Source of the DNA: an uncultured Methanosarcinaceae archaeon
GTDB lineage: Archaea > Halobacteriota > Methanosarcinia > Methanosarcinales > Methanosarcinaceae
Length of the DNA stretch: 64,000 bases
Direction of reading: 5' to 3'
Assembly (NCBI GenBank): GCA_963733675.1
Contig: CAVTET010000001.1
Coordinates: 736,001 to 800,000 of the forward strand
Shown here: piece by piece, positions 21,736 through 33,537 of the stretch
Layout: each line of letters opens with the position of its first letter
Position numbering within the stretch: position 1 is the stretch's first letter
Notes under the pieces: generated by a model
What the model saw: only the letters and a program-made list of their open reading frames with translations
The model's database searches: none
What the model was told of the DNA's origin: nothing
Program-made: the position numbers and the translations under genes

Positions 21736-22466
21736 TTTATACACTCCTCATACCCTTTATTTTTGATTTCTTCCAGCATTTTGAGAGGATTTCCGGAACA
21801 CATAATTGTCCCATTGCATAGGATATATCCTCTATCTGCCTTCACATAATCCAGTATCCGACCTGTGTGAGTAATAATAAGAGCAGATTTTCCCATCTCA
21901 CAACTTTCGCCTGGACAGTTCAGGCCTTCTTCAAGCAGGTCTTTTATTGTCACTCCAACCTGTTCTATGCTTACAAGGTCAACTCCAGATTCAGGTTCAT
22001 CCAGTAGATAGAAACTCGGATCCTGGGCTGCAAGCTGCAGAAGTTCGGAGCGTTTGATTTCTCCTCCTGAAAAACCCACATTTATATCTCGGTCCAGAAA
22101 AGACTTCATAGAAAGCTTTTCGGAAAGTTTTTCAGGATTTTTATGCCCCTTGGATGCTACTCTTATAAGATCTTTCAGTTTAATCCCAGACATATCTGGA
22201 GGACGCTGCATCATAATCCCAAGTCCGCGACTGGCTCGTTCATCAACTGGCATGTCGTTAATTTTTTCTTCATTGAACAGAATCTGGCCTTTCACAATCT
22301 TGTATTCACTAAAGCCCATAATTGTTCTCATTAAAGCTGTTTTCCCAGCTCCGTTTGGCCCAAAAAGCACATTAGTATACCCTTTTTTGACTTCGAGGTT
22401 TATGTCATGAAGCAAAGTTTTTCCGTTGACTTCGACGGTCAGATCCTCTATTTTCAGCATCGACAT
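21717..22466 (-). CDS. sufC: SufC-type ABC ATPase (SmsC-type)
   Basis: GPNGAGKT, GFSGGEIKRSE, LLDEPESGVD, LIITH, C-terminal CxxC; overlaps sufB. Confidence 0.9.
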   Translation of the reverse strand: MSMLKIEDLTVEVNGKTLLHDINLEVKKGYTNVLFGPNGAGKTALMRTIMGFSEYKIVKGQILFNEEKINDMPVDERASRGLGIMMQRPPDMSGIKLKDLIRVASKGHKNPEKLSEKLSMKSFLDRDINVGFSGGEIKRSELLQLAAQDPSFYLLDEPESGVDLVSIEQVGVTIKDLLEEGLNCPGESCEMGKSALIITHTGRILDYVKADRGYILCNGTIMCSGNPLKMLEEIKNKGYEECIKCRLMV

Positions 22467-23167
22467 TTTCTCCTTTATCCCCTTTTACTTTATGGATTTT
22501 TGATATATGCAGTCAATTGGTGGTGGAATTAATAGTAAATTTTGGCGATTCCAGAAGGGATTTAAAAATTTTAACCATATTATAAGGTAGAAAAATTGCA
22601 AAAATTGGACAATTTTAGCGTATTGCTTGAATTATGGTTTCTTGCCAGGTCTCTATTTATTCCTCACTAATTTCTTTGTTTAATTTTGAAGACATCCCAT
22701 TTCTAATTATACATTCTCCTCTGAATATATATGTCTCGTTTGAACCTTTGTATCGAATGCAACAATATTCTGAAACAATTAATTTGAGTCTTATCATTGA
22801 GTCATTGATCAAGATAGAAAGTGAAGGAATAAAACTTTTAATTTCCTGCGATTATCCAACTTGGAGAGATTATTTATCATGCTTTCTATTTTCCTTCAGT
22901 CAGTAATTTCAAACATTGTTGTGTCGAAATAGATCTCAACAAATTGATTTTAGGCAGCTTAACTAACTGCAATTTTCTCTCGGTTCATTTTCAGCTCGTA
23001 CATTAAATTATTGATAATTCTAAACAAAAATAATATATTATCCTTACTATTGTGAAGCTTTTCGAAAATTTCCTTCTCATATGCTTCTGTTATACATATA
23101 GATATTTCTGTAGTTTATGTTGCTTAACTAATAGTACATTTTTAGTACATTTTTTTCAATTTATAGA

Positions 23168-23252
23168 AAATTTCGATGAATCTATGATTTTCACGAATCA
23201 TTATATATAAATTTATAAGCATATGACGAAATTTAGGGTTTATTAAACTCTT
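23168..23252 (-). mobile_element. ~85-bp MITE, family A, copy 7
   Basis: ATTTCGATGAATC...TTTATAAGCATATGACGAAATTTAGGGTTTAT. Confidence 0.82.
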
Positions 23253-23503
23253 CTATATTTTTTAAATATTCTAAAAAAAGAGTTCCATATATAGTTCCAT
23301 TGTTTGTGGGAAAAAATATTTTTTTGGGTATATCTAGGGTAAATATGGAAGTGCCTCATATTTATGAAGAGAAAAGTTCCATCCCAACATGTATATAACA
23401 GATGGAGCTTGTCACTTGTATAACTAGGCCTAAAATCCCCAGCTCCCTACAAAATTCTTAGCTGTGTTATCATGGATTACAGTAATCTAAACACCTGCTC
23501 TTC

Positions 23504-24475
23504 TCAGATTTCTGACATCGTTTTATATTCTAGAACTGTAGAAACTGGATTTGTTTCAATTCTAATTCCTGTCTCTTCAAGGGCGCAGATTCCATTAATT
23601 CCTCCTACGATTGCAATTCCGAACTTTCCCATCTCAATAGGTGCCCCGAGTAGAGACCCATCAATATCTCCGGGAGGGAAAAAGCCTCCTAATCCCATTT
23701 TTTCTGCTTGTTGAATAATTTCTATGACCCTATCATAAGCCGATAAATTTATTTGTCTAATATTTGCAAGAATTTTACCTTCCCCCGTCTCAACCACTTC
23801 GAGAACTGAAGTAGGTTTCCGTTTCATAAAAATTTGTATTGGATCAATTGAAGTTCCGCTATAAGAAATTAGATCCAAAAAATATGAAGGCTTTCTGTTT
23901 TCTATCTGGAGAATTCCACCGTAGGAAGGTTCTACAGGAATGCCTGATTTAAGAAGAAGTCCATCAAAAGTAACACTGCATACTGTAGCTATTCCGACCT
24001 TTCCCGGAGGCAGAATAATTAAATCTTCATCTTCTTCAAAAATTCTTACTTTCGGACTTATCATATATCCTGAATGTGCGGTATAAGAAATCACATCAAT
24101 AACGGTTTCCAAATCCTCTTTAGCAAAGTAAGAGATATTTACTGGTACGACCCCTTCACTGGTCTTTGGATTAATGGTAGTTCTAAATGCCATCTCTTCA
24201 ATCTGGGATATCACAAAACCAAAGCGATCTCCAATGAGAGCATCACTCATTTCACTTTCTCCCAGTTCAGTAAGTGTACGGCCTGCATACCCGTGTTTGC
24301 GTGTGAATCCTCTCTCGTCCAGGATCCTTAGATGATACCGGACAGCGCGCTCTCCTATATCATATCCCCTATCGTTCAGTTCATCAGCTATGGCTCGGGC
24401 ACCTATAGGCTTGTCATTTTCGTTAATCACCCTCATAATTTCAATGAGTTTTCGCTCGATTTGCGGATCCATCAT
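23504..24475 (-). CDS. NrpR-family regulator (winged HTH plus one NRD/DUF128 domain)
   Basis: IGARAIADEL..RGYDIGERAVRYHL, GIATVCSVTFDGLLL, GTSIDP, VGGIN. Confidence 0.85.
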   Translation of the reverse strand: MMDPQIERKLIEIMRVINENDKPIGARAIADELNDRGYDIGERAVRYHLRILDERGFTRKHGYAGRTLTELGESEMSDALIGDRFGFVISQIEEMAFRTTINPKTSEGVVPVNISYFAKEDLETVIDVISYTAHSGYMISPKVRIFEEDEDLIILPPGKVGIATVCSVTFDGLLLKSGIPVEPSYGGILQIENRKPSYFLDLISYSGTSIDPIQIFMKRKPTSVLEVVETGEGKILANIRQINLSAYDRVIEIIQQAEKMGLGGFFPPGDIDGSLLGAPIEMGKFGIAIVGGINGICALEETGIRIETNPVSTVLEYKTMSEI

Positions 24476-24571
24476 ATATAACACCGTTATTCTGTTATCA
24501 TACCACAAGCTTTATTGATAATCTTAGCAAAAAACTAAAACATACATTCTAATTTTTTCAAATATTACATA

Positions 24572-24655
24572 GAATCTTGATAATTCCCAAATAATATAAT
24601 AAGCTTATAAAATTGTATATTCTGACTCGTGAAAATAAGAGGTTTATCGAAATTC
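24572..24655 (+). mobile_element. ~85-bp MITE, family A, copy 8
   Basis: GCTTATAAA...TGACTCGTGAAAATAAGAGGTTTATCGAAATTC. Confidence 0.8.
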
Positions 24656-25225
24656 TCTTATTTTATAGACACGTTATTTTGCGTTACGTAACTCCATTTT
24701 ATAGTACAAAGATAACTTAATATATAAATCAGCCAGTTAATAACGGTTCGCTGGAAATTTACTATCTCCTCAGAAAGTGAAGGGTATTTAGACGAAATAA
24801 AGTTGAGTTATTCAATATTTTTTCTCTTCCCACAGGCCTGAAAATTTGTAATAGATTAAAATAACTGGAACGTCTTAAAGGGTAATAGACAAGTTTTAAT
24901 TTCATATTTAGAAAAGGCCTTTTCTGATATGAAACAGATATTAAGTTTACCCTCTGTCTTTTATTCAAGAAGTACCTTTAAGTTTTAAATTGACCTAAAA
25001 AGTTTAATTATAGCGAATTCTGAGTCCTTCACATAAAGATGCCTAGATCTTTTTTTACATAGGACTTATGCAGATGAATTTCGAAACAAATTCCAATCTA
25101 CTTTGAAGTTAAAGTCATGCTTAAGAAAATTAGAGGTTTAACATCATTGATTTCTTATTTCAATTGCATAAGTCCTATTATAGTTACAAAAACTTTAAAC
25201 TACCTGCAAGAACACTTGATATGAT

Positions 25226-27787
25226 ATGTCTGATCCAAATTTCAACTGTAATCCACCTGAAATTCTGGTTCCTGTAGGCGGCCAAAAAGCCCTTCTCGCC
25301 GCAATCAAAGGAAGAGCTGACGCCATATACCTTGGGCTCGGCGAATTTAATGCCCGCCAGGGTATAAACAATTTTACCCTTGGAGAACTGGAAGAGGCAG
25401 TTGATCTTTCCCACTCGCATGATGTTTCTGTTTATCTGGCACTGAATATTCCTATTAAACAAAAAGAACTTCAGCAAGTTCTGGGGATAGTAGACCATGC
25501 ATACTCTGTTGGAGTTGATGCAATTATCCTGCAGGATCTAGGTCTTCTAAGTCTTATAAAAGAAATTTATCCCAACCTTGAGTTACACACGAGTACGCAG
25601 CTGACTATCCATAATAGTAAGGGAGTTGATTTTGTAGAAGGTCTTGGGGCAAAAAGAGTTATAGTCGCAAGGGAGCTCACTGCAGACGAGGTAAAAGTCA
25701 TTGTGGATTATTCAAAAGTGGGTATCGAGGTTTTCGTACATGGATCTCTTTGTTATTCATATTCCGGAAAATGTCTCTTCAGTAGTTTAATGGAAGGCAG
25801 AAGTGCCAACCGAGGAGCCTGTGCTCAGCATTGCAGACGTCGTTACAGATTCCTGGTAAACGGTATAGAAATTGATGAAAGAAATATTAGAGGCAGCTAT
25901 CCCCTAAGTTGTGCCGAGCTTTCCACTCTTACTGAACTTGAAAAAATAGTAAAAACCGGGGTTGTAAGTCTTAAAATTGAGGGCAGGATGAAAAAACCCG
26001 AATATGTGACAGCGAGTGCTGCTGCCTACAAGGCTGTAATTGAGGACATTTGCAATCCAGAAAAGAGTCTGACAAAGGAAGAGCTTGAATCAAGGGAAGC
26101 ACAAATTGCAAAACTCTTTTGCAGGGGCTTTACAAGAGGGTTCATACTTGAGGAAAGAGACGTATCACATCCCAAATACAGCTCAAACTACGGAGCTTTC
26201 CTAGGAAAAGTCCTAGATATTTTCCGTTCAAAAATGAACACAAAACTTACAGTCAAGCTAGATGAAGATCTCCAGGTCAAAGATGGTATCAGCGTCTTCG
26301 TGGGAGAACGAATGATTGGCTCTGCAGTTGCAGGCATAATCACAAGTAAAGGCGACCATGTAAAAAGTGCAAAAAAAGGCGAAAAAGTAGGGCTTGAAAT
26401 CAGCTCGAAAACAGGAAGAGTAATACACATAGGAGACGAACTATACCTTACAACAAGCACACAACTCTTGGATACCCTTCAAAAAACAAAACTGAAAACT
26501 TACCCAGTGGAACTGAAAGTAAGAGCCAGAAAAGGAGAACGGTTTACAGTTGAAATTAGAGAAGAAAAAGGAAAAAGAAGTGTAAGGAAAGATCTCTCAA
26601 TTGCGGAATTTTCAGATGACTATATTGTTCAAGGAGCCGACCAAGCTCCAACTACCTCCGAGCAGATAAAAAAGGTGATGGGAAGCCTTGGAGACGTTTC
26701 ATTTGAAGCTATAGATATCTCTATTGAAGCTGATGAAAATATTTTTATCCCTGTTGGTGTGCTAAAGAATACTAGGCGAAAGGCTGCAGACCTTTTGTTG
26801 GATAAAATCCTTAAGGTGCATAAGAAAAAACAAAAACACCCGCTTTTGAATAATTTCAACTACATTTGTGTTTCCAGAAATGCTGAGAGTAAAAAAAGTG
26901 ATAGTAAAGAAAGTAATCTCAGAAATGAAAGGATTAGGGACATAACTTCAAAGAAACTCTTCCTTAGCGTTGAAGTGGATGAAATTTCCTCGTTATTTGC
27001 AGCTTTAGATGGTGGGGCAGATATTATTTATGTCCCGATTTCAAGGTTTGAAGAGCTGAATACCTCTGAAAACGCAGAGATATTTCAGGAGCTAGTAGCA
27101 GACAGAAATGAGATTGCCTTTAAGGTTCCCCTCATTGCTCATGACAGAGAACTGGATGAACTCAAATTACTTATAAAAAAAGTAAGAGATGCAGGCTTTA
27201 GTATAGCATGTTCCGATCTAGGAGCTGCACAGCTAGCAAAAAACCTTTCTATACCCTTTGTTGCTCAGAAGGACTTCAATATTTTTAATTCTTTTACAGT
27301 CAGTATTTTCTACCAAGCAGGAGCGTACAGAGCAACACTCTCAAGCGAACTAAACCTTAGTGAAATAAAGAACATATGTGAAACACTTCATACCTGGGGG
27401 GAAGTGGGACAAGTTGAAATTCTCGTTTATGGCAGAGAACTTATGCTGATTACAGAAAATGATCTTTTAAAGCCTCTTATTCACAAAAAAATAGTAAAAC
27501 AAGACAGCGAAGTTCATCTTCTTGATCAGTTAGGCTCCAAGTTTCCTATTAAACGGATGGGCACTCGGACTCTAATCTATAACTCGAAAATACTCAACAT
27601 GCTAAGATATGTCAAAAATTTAGGAGGGTATGGAGTGGATGTTATTCGGCTTGATCTATCACTGAATAATGATTCTGAGATAAAAGGAATCGTAAAAACA
27701 TATAAAGAGGCTCTTGTAGGAAAAGAGGGAGCACTAAGTGAAAAAGGAGTTGAGCATACAACTGGACACTATTTCAAAGGAGTTTAA
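25226..27787 (+). CDS. Peptidase U32-family protein with DUF3656-like region (RlhA-like Fe-S hydroxylation family)
   Basis: ADAIYLG, HTSTQ, ARELT, HGSLCYSYSGKC, NRGACAQHCR, LKIEGRMK, C-terminal TTGHYFKGV. Confidence 0.88.
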   Translation: MSDPNFNCNPPEILVPVGGQKALLAAIKGRADAIYLGLGEFNARQGINNFTLGELEEAVDLSHSHDVSVYLALNIPIKQKELQQVLGIVDHAYSVGVDAIILQDLGLLSLIKEIYPNLELHTSTQLTIHNSKGVDFVEGLGAKRVIVARELTADEVKVIVDYSKVGIEVFVHGSLCYSYSGKCLFSSLMEGRSANRGACAQHCRRRYRFLVNGIEIDERNIRGSYPLSCAELSTLTELEKIVKTGVVSLKIEGRMKKPEYVTASAAAYKAVIEDICNPEKSLTKEELESREAQIAKLFCRGFTRGFILEERDVSHPKYSSNYGAFLGKVLDIFRSKMNTKLTVKLDEDLQVKDGISVFVGERMIGSAVAGIITSKGDHVKSAKKGEKVGLEISSKTGRVIHIGDELYLTTSTQLLDTLQKTKLKTYPVELKVRARKGERFTVEIREEKGKRSVRKDLSIAEFSDDYIVQGADQAPTTSEQIKKVMGSLGDVSFEAIDISIEADENIFIPVGVLKNTRRKAADLLLDKILKVHKKKQKHPLLNNFNYICVSRNAESKKSDSKESNLRNERIRDITSKKLFLSVEVDEISSLFAALDGGADIIYVPISRFEELNTSENAEIFQELVADRNEIAFKVPLIAHDRELDELKLLIKKVRDAGFSIACSDLGAAQLAKNLSIPFVAQKDFNIFNSFTVSIFYQAGAYRATLSSELNLSEIKNICETLHTWGEVGQVEILVYGRELMLITENDLLKPLIHKKIVKQDSEVHLLDQLGSKFPIKRMGTRTLIYNSKILNMLRYVKNLGGYGVDVIRLDLSLNNDSEIKGIVKTYKEALVGKEGALSEKGVEHTTGHYFKGV

Positions 27788-28059
27788 TAGAGGACTCGTG
27801 GCAAGTATTAAAAAGAGAGTTTAGATAGAAGAAACAATGTATTTAAATTTACCAAGAAATCCACTCAATCCAGTCTTCTGTGAGTATGTGAATAAACATT
27901 AACTTGTTAAACTCCTCGGTTGTTAAGTTTGATTTGCAGGGGATAGCAAATCTTACCTAAAAACTGACACTGTTTTATTTATCACCAGACTGGAAAAGTT
28001 TTACCCTGAATAAATCTCGAATTAACTGTTTTAAGTTGAATTCACATTCTACTGTAGAA

Positions 28060-28450
28060 CTCAACGCCAGAATAATCAGACTGATCATCTTTCAAGAGAA
28101 AATGGGGGAAAAATATCCAATATAGTTGAAATCAAGATCTCTCAGCTCGCCGACTTCAACATATCCTGAAGGAACACCTTTATGATGATTAGGAATATTT
28201 TATTGGCATGAACCTTGGCTGACCAAATAAATTATCTGATGATGAAATAACGTTAGTTGAACAAATTGATTCCGATCCAAACCAATTTCACTACGAATTT
28301 GGAGCTTTTTACCTTGAGCATGTCATTGAAGCTGAGGACAATAAAATATCGAATACTAGAACCCATAATAACCTGTTCAGTAGAACCTTGCTAGTTAATA
28401 GAGCAAAAAATGTCAATAGTGGGCCAATTTCCCCATTTTTATCGGTTTAA
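28060..28450 (+). pseudogene. Decayed gene, possibly pRiA4b ORF3-like
   Basis: One frame reads LQHILKEHLYDD*EYFIG...FHYEFGAFYLEHVIE with two stops; family call is tentative. Confidence 0.25.
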
Positions 28451-28471
28451 ATCATCTACCTTCTATTATAA

Positions 28472-28618
28472 CCCACTTTCTGCAGACATACACAAGAGTG
28501 CCATATATTTTCTCAATATGACAGTAGCTTAAAAATTAAGCTAACTTCCAATGAATGAATAAACTACAGTAGCTAATTGGGCAACAAATTATAGTCTTAG
28601 TATATATGTGGACCAGGG
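28472..28618. mobile_element. ~143-bp MITE-like repeat, family B, copy 3 (opposite orientation)
   Basis: CCCACTTTCTGCAGACATACACAAGAGTGCCAT...TCTCAATATGACAGTAGCTTAAAAATTAAGCT matches the reverse complement of copies 1 and 2. Confidence 0.72.
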
Positions 28619-28908
28619 ACACTATAATTATACAAATATCCACATAAAAGTGGAAACTTACAGATTAAAAAAAATAATTGAACCGGATATAAAAGCAGTA
28701 AATTTCTACCCTTAATTTGTAGTGAATCCATGAAATATTAAGTAAATTTTATATCACAAAGCTGGGAAATTCAAATCGAACAAAATTGGAAACTCAAATC
28801 GCCATTAACAGTACTCAATCTGTAAATTTTTCGATTAGGCTCATGTAGAAAAATACAACTATTTGCCAATTCACCGTCTCACATTAAGTTAAATCAACGT
28901 GTTTACTT

Positions 28909-29550
28909 TTAAGAATCAGAGATCTCTATCAATTTTTTTGACCACTTCAATTTTTTTTTCTTTATTGGGTTCACAAGGGGATCCTCAAAATCAAACCCTG
29001 CAAGCCTAATTTCATTAGCTCCAAATTCTCTAGCTACAAAGACACACCTATCTCCATCGCTAAATCCGCCGAAATTGTACACCTTATCTAAGGGTCTGGC
29101 CTGTGTTGTAGCAATAAAGCGCTGGAAACGTGGCACGTACTTCTTAAGCTTATCGATATTTTTCCCGTGGGCATGAATCAGGACTATGGAGGCCTTTTCA
29201 CAGGCAAGGATTTCTTTTTCAATATCAACTTCGGAATTGCCATCAAGGTCGGTACAGATGACTTCAGGCACACGGCCAATATCCATTAAAACGGCAGCAG
29301 CTCCGTCAGCTGCGATTATCACAAAAGTAGAAAGATCGATTTCTGAAAGTTCATTACTTAGTTTTTTGGCGTTCCCGCATACCAGGATGGATTTTCCGGA
29401 AATTGCAGCTTCAAGTTCAGAAAGGTTGAGGGTGTTATTTTTAATCAACATGCTGAAAAGGAATCGTGCAGCTTCTTCATCGTCTATGCGATCAAACCCG
29501 AAATCTTCAAGAATTTTTTCATAAATAGGCTCCCAGGCAACAAAGTCCAC
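28909..29550 (-). CDS. mptE: 6-hydroxymethyl-7,8-dihydropterin pyrophosphokinase (DUF115)
   Basis: WEPIYEKILEDFGF, IAADGA, TDLDG, HAHG, NFGGFSDGDR, LAGFDF; probable GTG start. Confidence 0.85.
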   Translation of the reverse strand: MDFVAWEPIYEKILEDFGFDRIDDEEAARFLFSMLIKNNTLNLSELEAAISGKSILVCGNAKKLSNELSEIDLSTFVIIAADGAAAVLMDIGRVPEVICTDLDGNSEVDIEKEILACEKASIVLIHAHGKNIDKLKKYVPRFQRFIATTQARPLDKVYNFGGFSDGDRCVFVAREFGANEIRLAGFDFEDPLVNPIKKKKLKWSKKLIEISDS

Positions 29551-29694
29551 ATGTATCACTTTTTGTCCTATGGTTCAAATTTTTTAAATTAAATTTAGAC
29601 TGAATATCCTTCCAACATGCAGGCATCTTCATCCATTTGTGCCTGCTATTCGAAGGATTTCATGTTTTTTTCTTTGAGTTCCAACATTTTGGAG

Positions 29695-32600
29695 TTATTT
29701 CTTTGCAATTCCCATCCTCATTGCAATGCCTTCAACATCCCAGTTCTTTAAAAGGGCCCCTGAAACATCAATTTCGCTGCCAAGATCAAGGACCTCGACT
29801 CTTACTTCTTCTGCAATAAGGCTTTTCATGGTTTCAATTAGATTTAAAACCCGTTTATCTTCGATCCTGACAGATGCGCAAATGCTTTCGTCTATGACAA
29901 GATCGAGTTCTTTTCGCATTTCTTGGAGCCTGCGTATGACTTCCCTTGCATATCCTTCAGCTTCTAATTCTGGAGTGAGGTTTGCGTCCACATAGATACA
30001 GCCGGCATTTGACTCGGCATTGGCTATGCCTATTGGAAGAATTTCCTTGAAGTTTGCCATTCCAGAAGTAACTATAGCAGTTGACCCATCTTCAAGGGTT
30101 AGTTCGAACTCACCGGTCTTGGAAAAGGCTTTCTTTAGGGCAAAGCCATCGATTTTTTGAAGAGCAAAGATAACTTTCCCTGCATCCTTTTTGAAAGCAG
30201 GACCTATTTTTCCAGGGTCTGGGATCACTTCAAGTCCAAGTTCATCCCACCACTCACCCACACCCATCAGAACAATCGCCTTGGAATTAGTCTGATCCAT
30301 GAGGACTGAGGACAAGCTCTTGACAGCCTTTGCTGAATCCTCACTGCAAGGAGACACTATTATTCTTGATATAGGCCATCTGAGTTTCCGTCCTTTTTTC
30401 TGGCGAGCATTTGATGCCGCTTCCACTATGGAGCGAACAGTATCCATACCAGCTTCAAGATCACTGTCAAGGTAAGCTTCATTGACTTTAGGCCAATCGC
30501 ACATATGAACCGATTCAAGAGCATTTGGATTTACATTAAAGATTAGGTTCTGGTACATCTCTTCAGCCAAATAAGGCATAAAGGGAGATATCAGTTTTGT
30601 AAGAGTTATGTAAACTTCGTAAAGCACACAGTAAGCTGCAAGTTTATCTGGATCATTAGCTTCGATCCAGGTTCTTGGTCGGATAAGCTGGATATACCAG
30701 CGAGAGAGATCTTCAATAGTAAATTCCAGGATTTCACGAACTGCTTTATGCAACAAATAACCTTTCATGGCTTCATCTACTGCTTTGATAACAGATTGAA
30801 TTCTTGAAAGAATCCATCTATCTTCCTCACGGAGAGCATGTTTTATAGAATCAATGCTGACCTGCAGAGGATCAAAGTTATCAAGTACCATATATGGCAG
30901 TGGGAATCTAAAAACATTCCATAAAATATTTATTGAGCGGTGGATGGTTTCTATTTCTTCGAGGTTAAACTTCAGGTCTTCCCATGGAGCGCTTGAGGAA
31001 AGTACATAGGTACGAAGGGTATCTGCCCCGAACCTGTCGATAATATCCAGGGGCGAGATCACATTTCCATAGCTTTTGGACATCTTCTTTCCGCCTGCGT
31101 CCAGGGTAAATCCATGCATAAGTACACTTTTGTAAGGAGCTTTTTCAAAGCCTACTATGCTTGCTCCAAGCTGGGAATAGAACCAACCGCGAGTTTGGTC
31201 GTGACCTTCAGTTATGAAATCAGCAGGCCACCATTCATCAAACTTCTCCCGAGCCTGAGGAAACTTGAGGGTTGCCCAGGAGGCAACAGCCGAGTCAAAC
31301 CAGACGTCAAATACATCTTCAATGCGCATTTTCTCTCCGCCGCACCCACAGGGAATGATGACTCTATCCACGTAAGGACGGTGAAGTTCTATATCTTCGC
31401 TTACATTTGCCTTTTCCAACAATTCAGCTTTGGTCCCTATTATCTCAAGCTTTCCGCATTTCTTGCACTTCCATATCGGGATCGGGATTCCCCAGTATCG
31501 CTGCCTGGAAATGCACCAATCCCTAGCGCCTTCTACCCAAGTTCTGAAACGTGCTGAGCCTGCCCAATCAGGATACCAGTCTACTGCATCGATTTCCTCG
31601 AGCATTTTTTCCTTTATCTCGGTAATTTTGAGGAACCATTGTTCTGTAGCGAGATAGATGATGGGGGTCTTGCAGCGCCAACAGTGCCCGTACCTATGCG
31701 TGACTGTTCCTTCTGCAAAGAGCCTGTTGCGTTCCTTTAAGTCTTTAATTACAATTGTATTTGCTTCCCTGACGTTTTTGCCCTCGTATTCCCCGGCTTC
31801 GCTTGTATAAGTACCATTTGATCCTACGGGGCAGAAAATCGGAAGGCTATATTTCACACCAAGGTTAAAGTCTTCCATACCGTGTCCTGGTGCAAGATGC
31901 ACGCAACCTGTATTTTCGATGGTTACGAAATCCGCAAGATAAATCCCATGCTTAATCTTATTCTGGATAGGTACCAAATCCCCAACAGGGCTTTCATATT
32001 CCAGTTTTGTTAGATCCTCTCCGTCCATTGTCTCAAGTACTTCATAGTCAATATACCTGCCCTGCTTGAGGACATTTTTAATCATGTCTGTAGCTGTAAT
32101 GAGTATCTCTTTCGAACCATTTTGCTTGATTGCCCTGAATTTTGAGTATTTCACATGTGGGTTCACACCTACAGCTACGTTTGCCGGAATTGTCCAGGGA
32201 GTTGTTGTCCATATAACTATGAAGGTGTCTTCACAATTTTTGATCTTGAATTTTACATAAATCGAAGGGTCTGTCCGCTCGGAATATTCAACCTCTGAAT
32301 CTGCAATTGCAGTCTCACAGCGGGGGCACCAGTTGACAGAACGCTTGCCCATCTCCAGTAAGTCTTTTTCGTAGGCTTTTTTGAGTGTCCACCAGGCAGC
32401 TTCGATGTAATCGTCTTTTAAGGTCATGTAAGGATCTGTCCATTGCATCCAGACACCAAGCCTTTGGAACTGTTCAGTCATTGCCTGCTTCTGGGTAATA
32501 GCAAACTCTTTGCATTTTGCAATAAAATTTTCTACCCCAAAGCTCTCTATATCCTTCTTGGATTTGAAGCCGAGAATTCCTTCGACCTTGACCTCGATTG

Positions 32601-32871
32601 GCAGGCCGTGCATATCCCAGCCAGGACGCTCAAGGATGTAGCGGTTGTTCATGGAATAATAGCGAAGAATAGAATCTTTGATGATCTTGTTCCAAGCAGT
32701 TCCAAGATGTATATGCCCGGTAGTATACGGGGGGCCGTCAACAAAAAAAAACTTTCTTCCAATCTTGCGGAGCTCCCTGGTTTTTAGATACGCATCACTG
32801 TCTTCCCAGAACTGCATTACTTTTTTTTCTATCCTACCTGCATCGTATTTGGAAATGATTTCTTTTATCAT
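29695..32871 (-). CDS. ileS: Isoleucyl-tRNA synthetase
   Basis: [45 protein letters not shown]. Confidence 0.97.
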   Translation of the reverse strand: MIKEIISKYDAGRIEKKVMQFWEDSDAYLKTRELRKIGRKFFFVDGPPYTTGHIHLGTAWNKIIKDSILRYYSMNNRYILERPGWDMHGLPIEVKVEGILGFKSKKDIESFGVENFIAKCKEFAITQKQAMTEQFQRLGVWMQWTDPYMTLKDDYIEAAWWTLKKAYEKDLLEMGKRSVNWCPRCETAIADSEVEYSERTDPSIYVKFKIKNCEDTFIVIWTTTPWTIPANVAVGVNPHVKYSKFRAIKQNGSKEILITATDMIKNVLKQGRYIDYEVLETMDGEDLTKLEYESPVGDLVPIQNKIKHGIYLADFVTIENTGCVHLAPGHGMEDFNLGVKYSLPIFCPVGSNGTYTSEAGEYEGKNVREANTIVIKDLKERNRLFAEGTVTHRYGHCWRCKTPIIYLATEQWFLKITEIKEKMLEEIDAVDWYPDWAGSARFRTWVEGARDWCISRQRYWGIPIPIWKCKKCGKLEIIGTKAELLEKANVSEDIELHRPYVDRVIIPCGCGGEKMRIEDVFDVWFDSAVASWATLKFPQAREKFDEWWPADFITEGHDQTRGWFYSQLGASIVGFEKAPYKSVLMHGFTLDAGGKKMSKSYGNVISPLDIIDRFGADTLRTYVLSSSAPWEDLKFNLEEIETIHRSINILWNVFRFPLPYMVLDNFDPLQVSIDSIKHALREEDRWILSRIQSVIKAVDEAMKGYLLHKAVREILEFTIEDLSRWYIQLIRPRTWIEANDPDKLAAYCVLYEVYITLTKLISPFMPYLAEEMYQNLIFNVNPNALESVHMCDWPKVNEAYLDSDLEAGMDTVRSIVEAASNARQKKGRKLRWPISRIIVSPCSEDSAKAVKSLSSVLMDQTNSKAIVLMGVGEWWDELGLEVIPDPGKIGPAFKKDAGKVIFALQKIDGFALKKAFSKTGEFELTLEDGSTAIVTSGMANFKEILPIGIANAESNAGCIYVDANLTPELEAEGYAREVIRRLQEMRKELDLVIDESICASVRIEDKRVLNLIETMKSLIAEEVRVEVLDLGSEIDVSGALLKNWDVEGIAMRMGIAKK

Positions 32872-33154
32872 ATAAGAATCTCCCTGATTGAAAATTAGAT
32901 AAAGTGGAAATTCGATAAGTTTAGGCTAGATCTTGCAATTGCTCTATAGCTGCTGGTAATTAACTACTAAAGGTGGATTACTGAATAAATCTGCTATCTA
33001 CTGCATATATTCTAAATCTCAAACAAATATTTGAATCGAAAAATATCCGTATCAAATATAAAACAAACTTTGTCCTATAGGGGATATTAACAGATCTTCC
33101 GCATAGCAATCAATTTATCCAGTAATTACTGTACATAATTTAAGCTTTGTTATA

Positions 33155-33194
33155 ACGTGAACAGAAAAACATTTTTTTTATTTTCTGTTTACGT
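33155..33194. other. 14-bp stem hairpin upstream of ileS
   Basis: ACGTGAACAGAAAA ... TTTTCTGTTTACGT. Confidence 0.4.
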
Positions 33195-33537
33195 CCACAA
33201 TATTGATCAATTCTAAAGACACATGGTAACATTTTTAGCATATGTAAATGTGTTAAAAGGCTTTATTTATGGGGAAGCGACAAAATATTGAGTTATTGAA
33301 CATAGTTAATACTAATTTTTTTCAGGCTAAAACAAGTTGCAGAATTGTGAAATAACGATTAATTTTTTGATTCCATCATATATTTAAAAAAATCTCAGTC
33401 TTTTTATTCCCATAGCCAACTTGCATAAAGTTCTCATTTATTTTATATGCAGTTTTGCAGGTGGTTCAAGCTCCCAGTTTTTCTGAGCTGAAGAATTGGA
33501 AGAATAAAGTTTTGGATCCCAGTAGTATAATCTGAAT

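Noticed and set aside
23348-23415. Degenerate IS605-like right ends here and at ~44455-44505, and a possible ISH3-like end at ~52990-53010
   Set aside because: Too eroded to support as features without an alignment.
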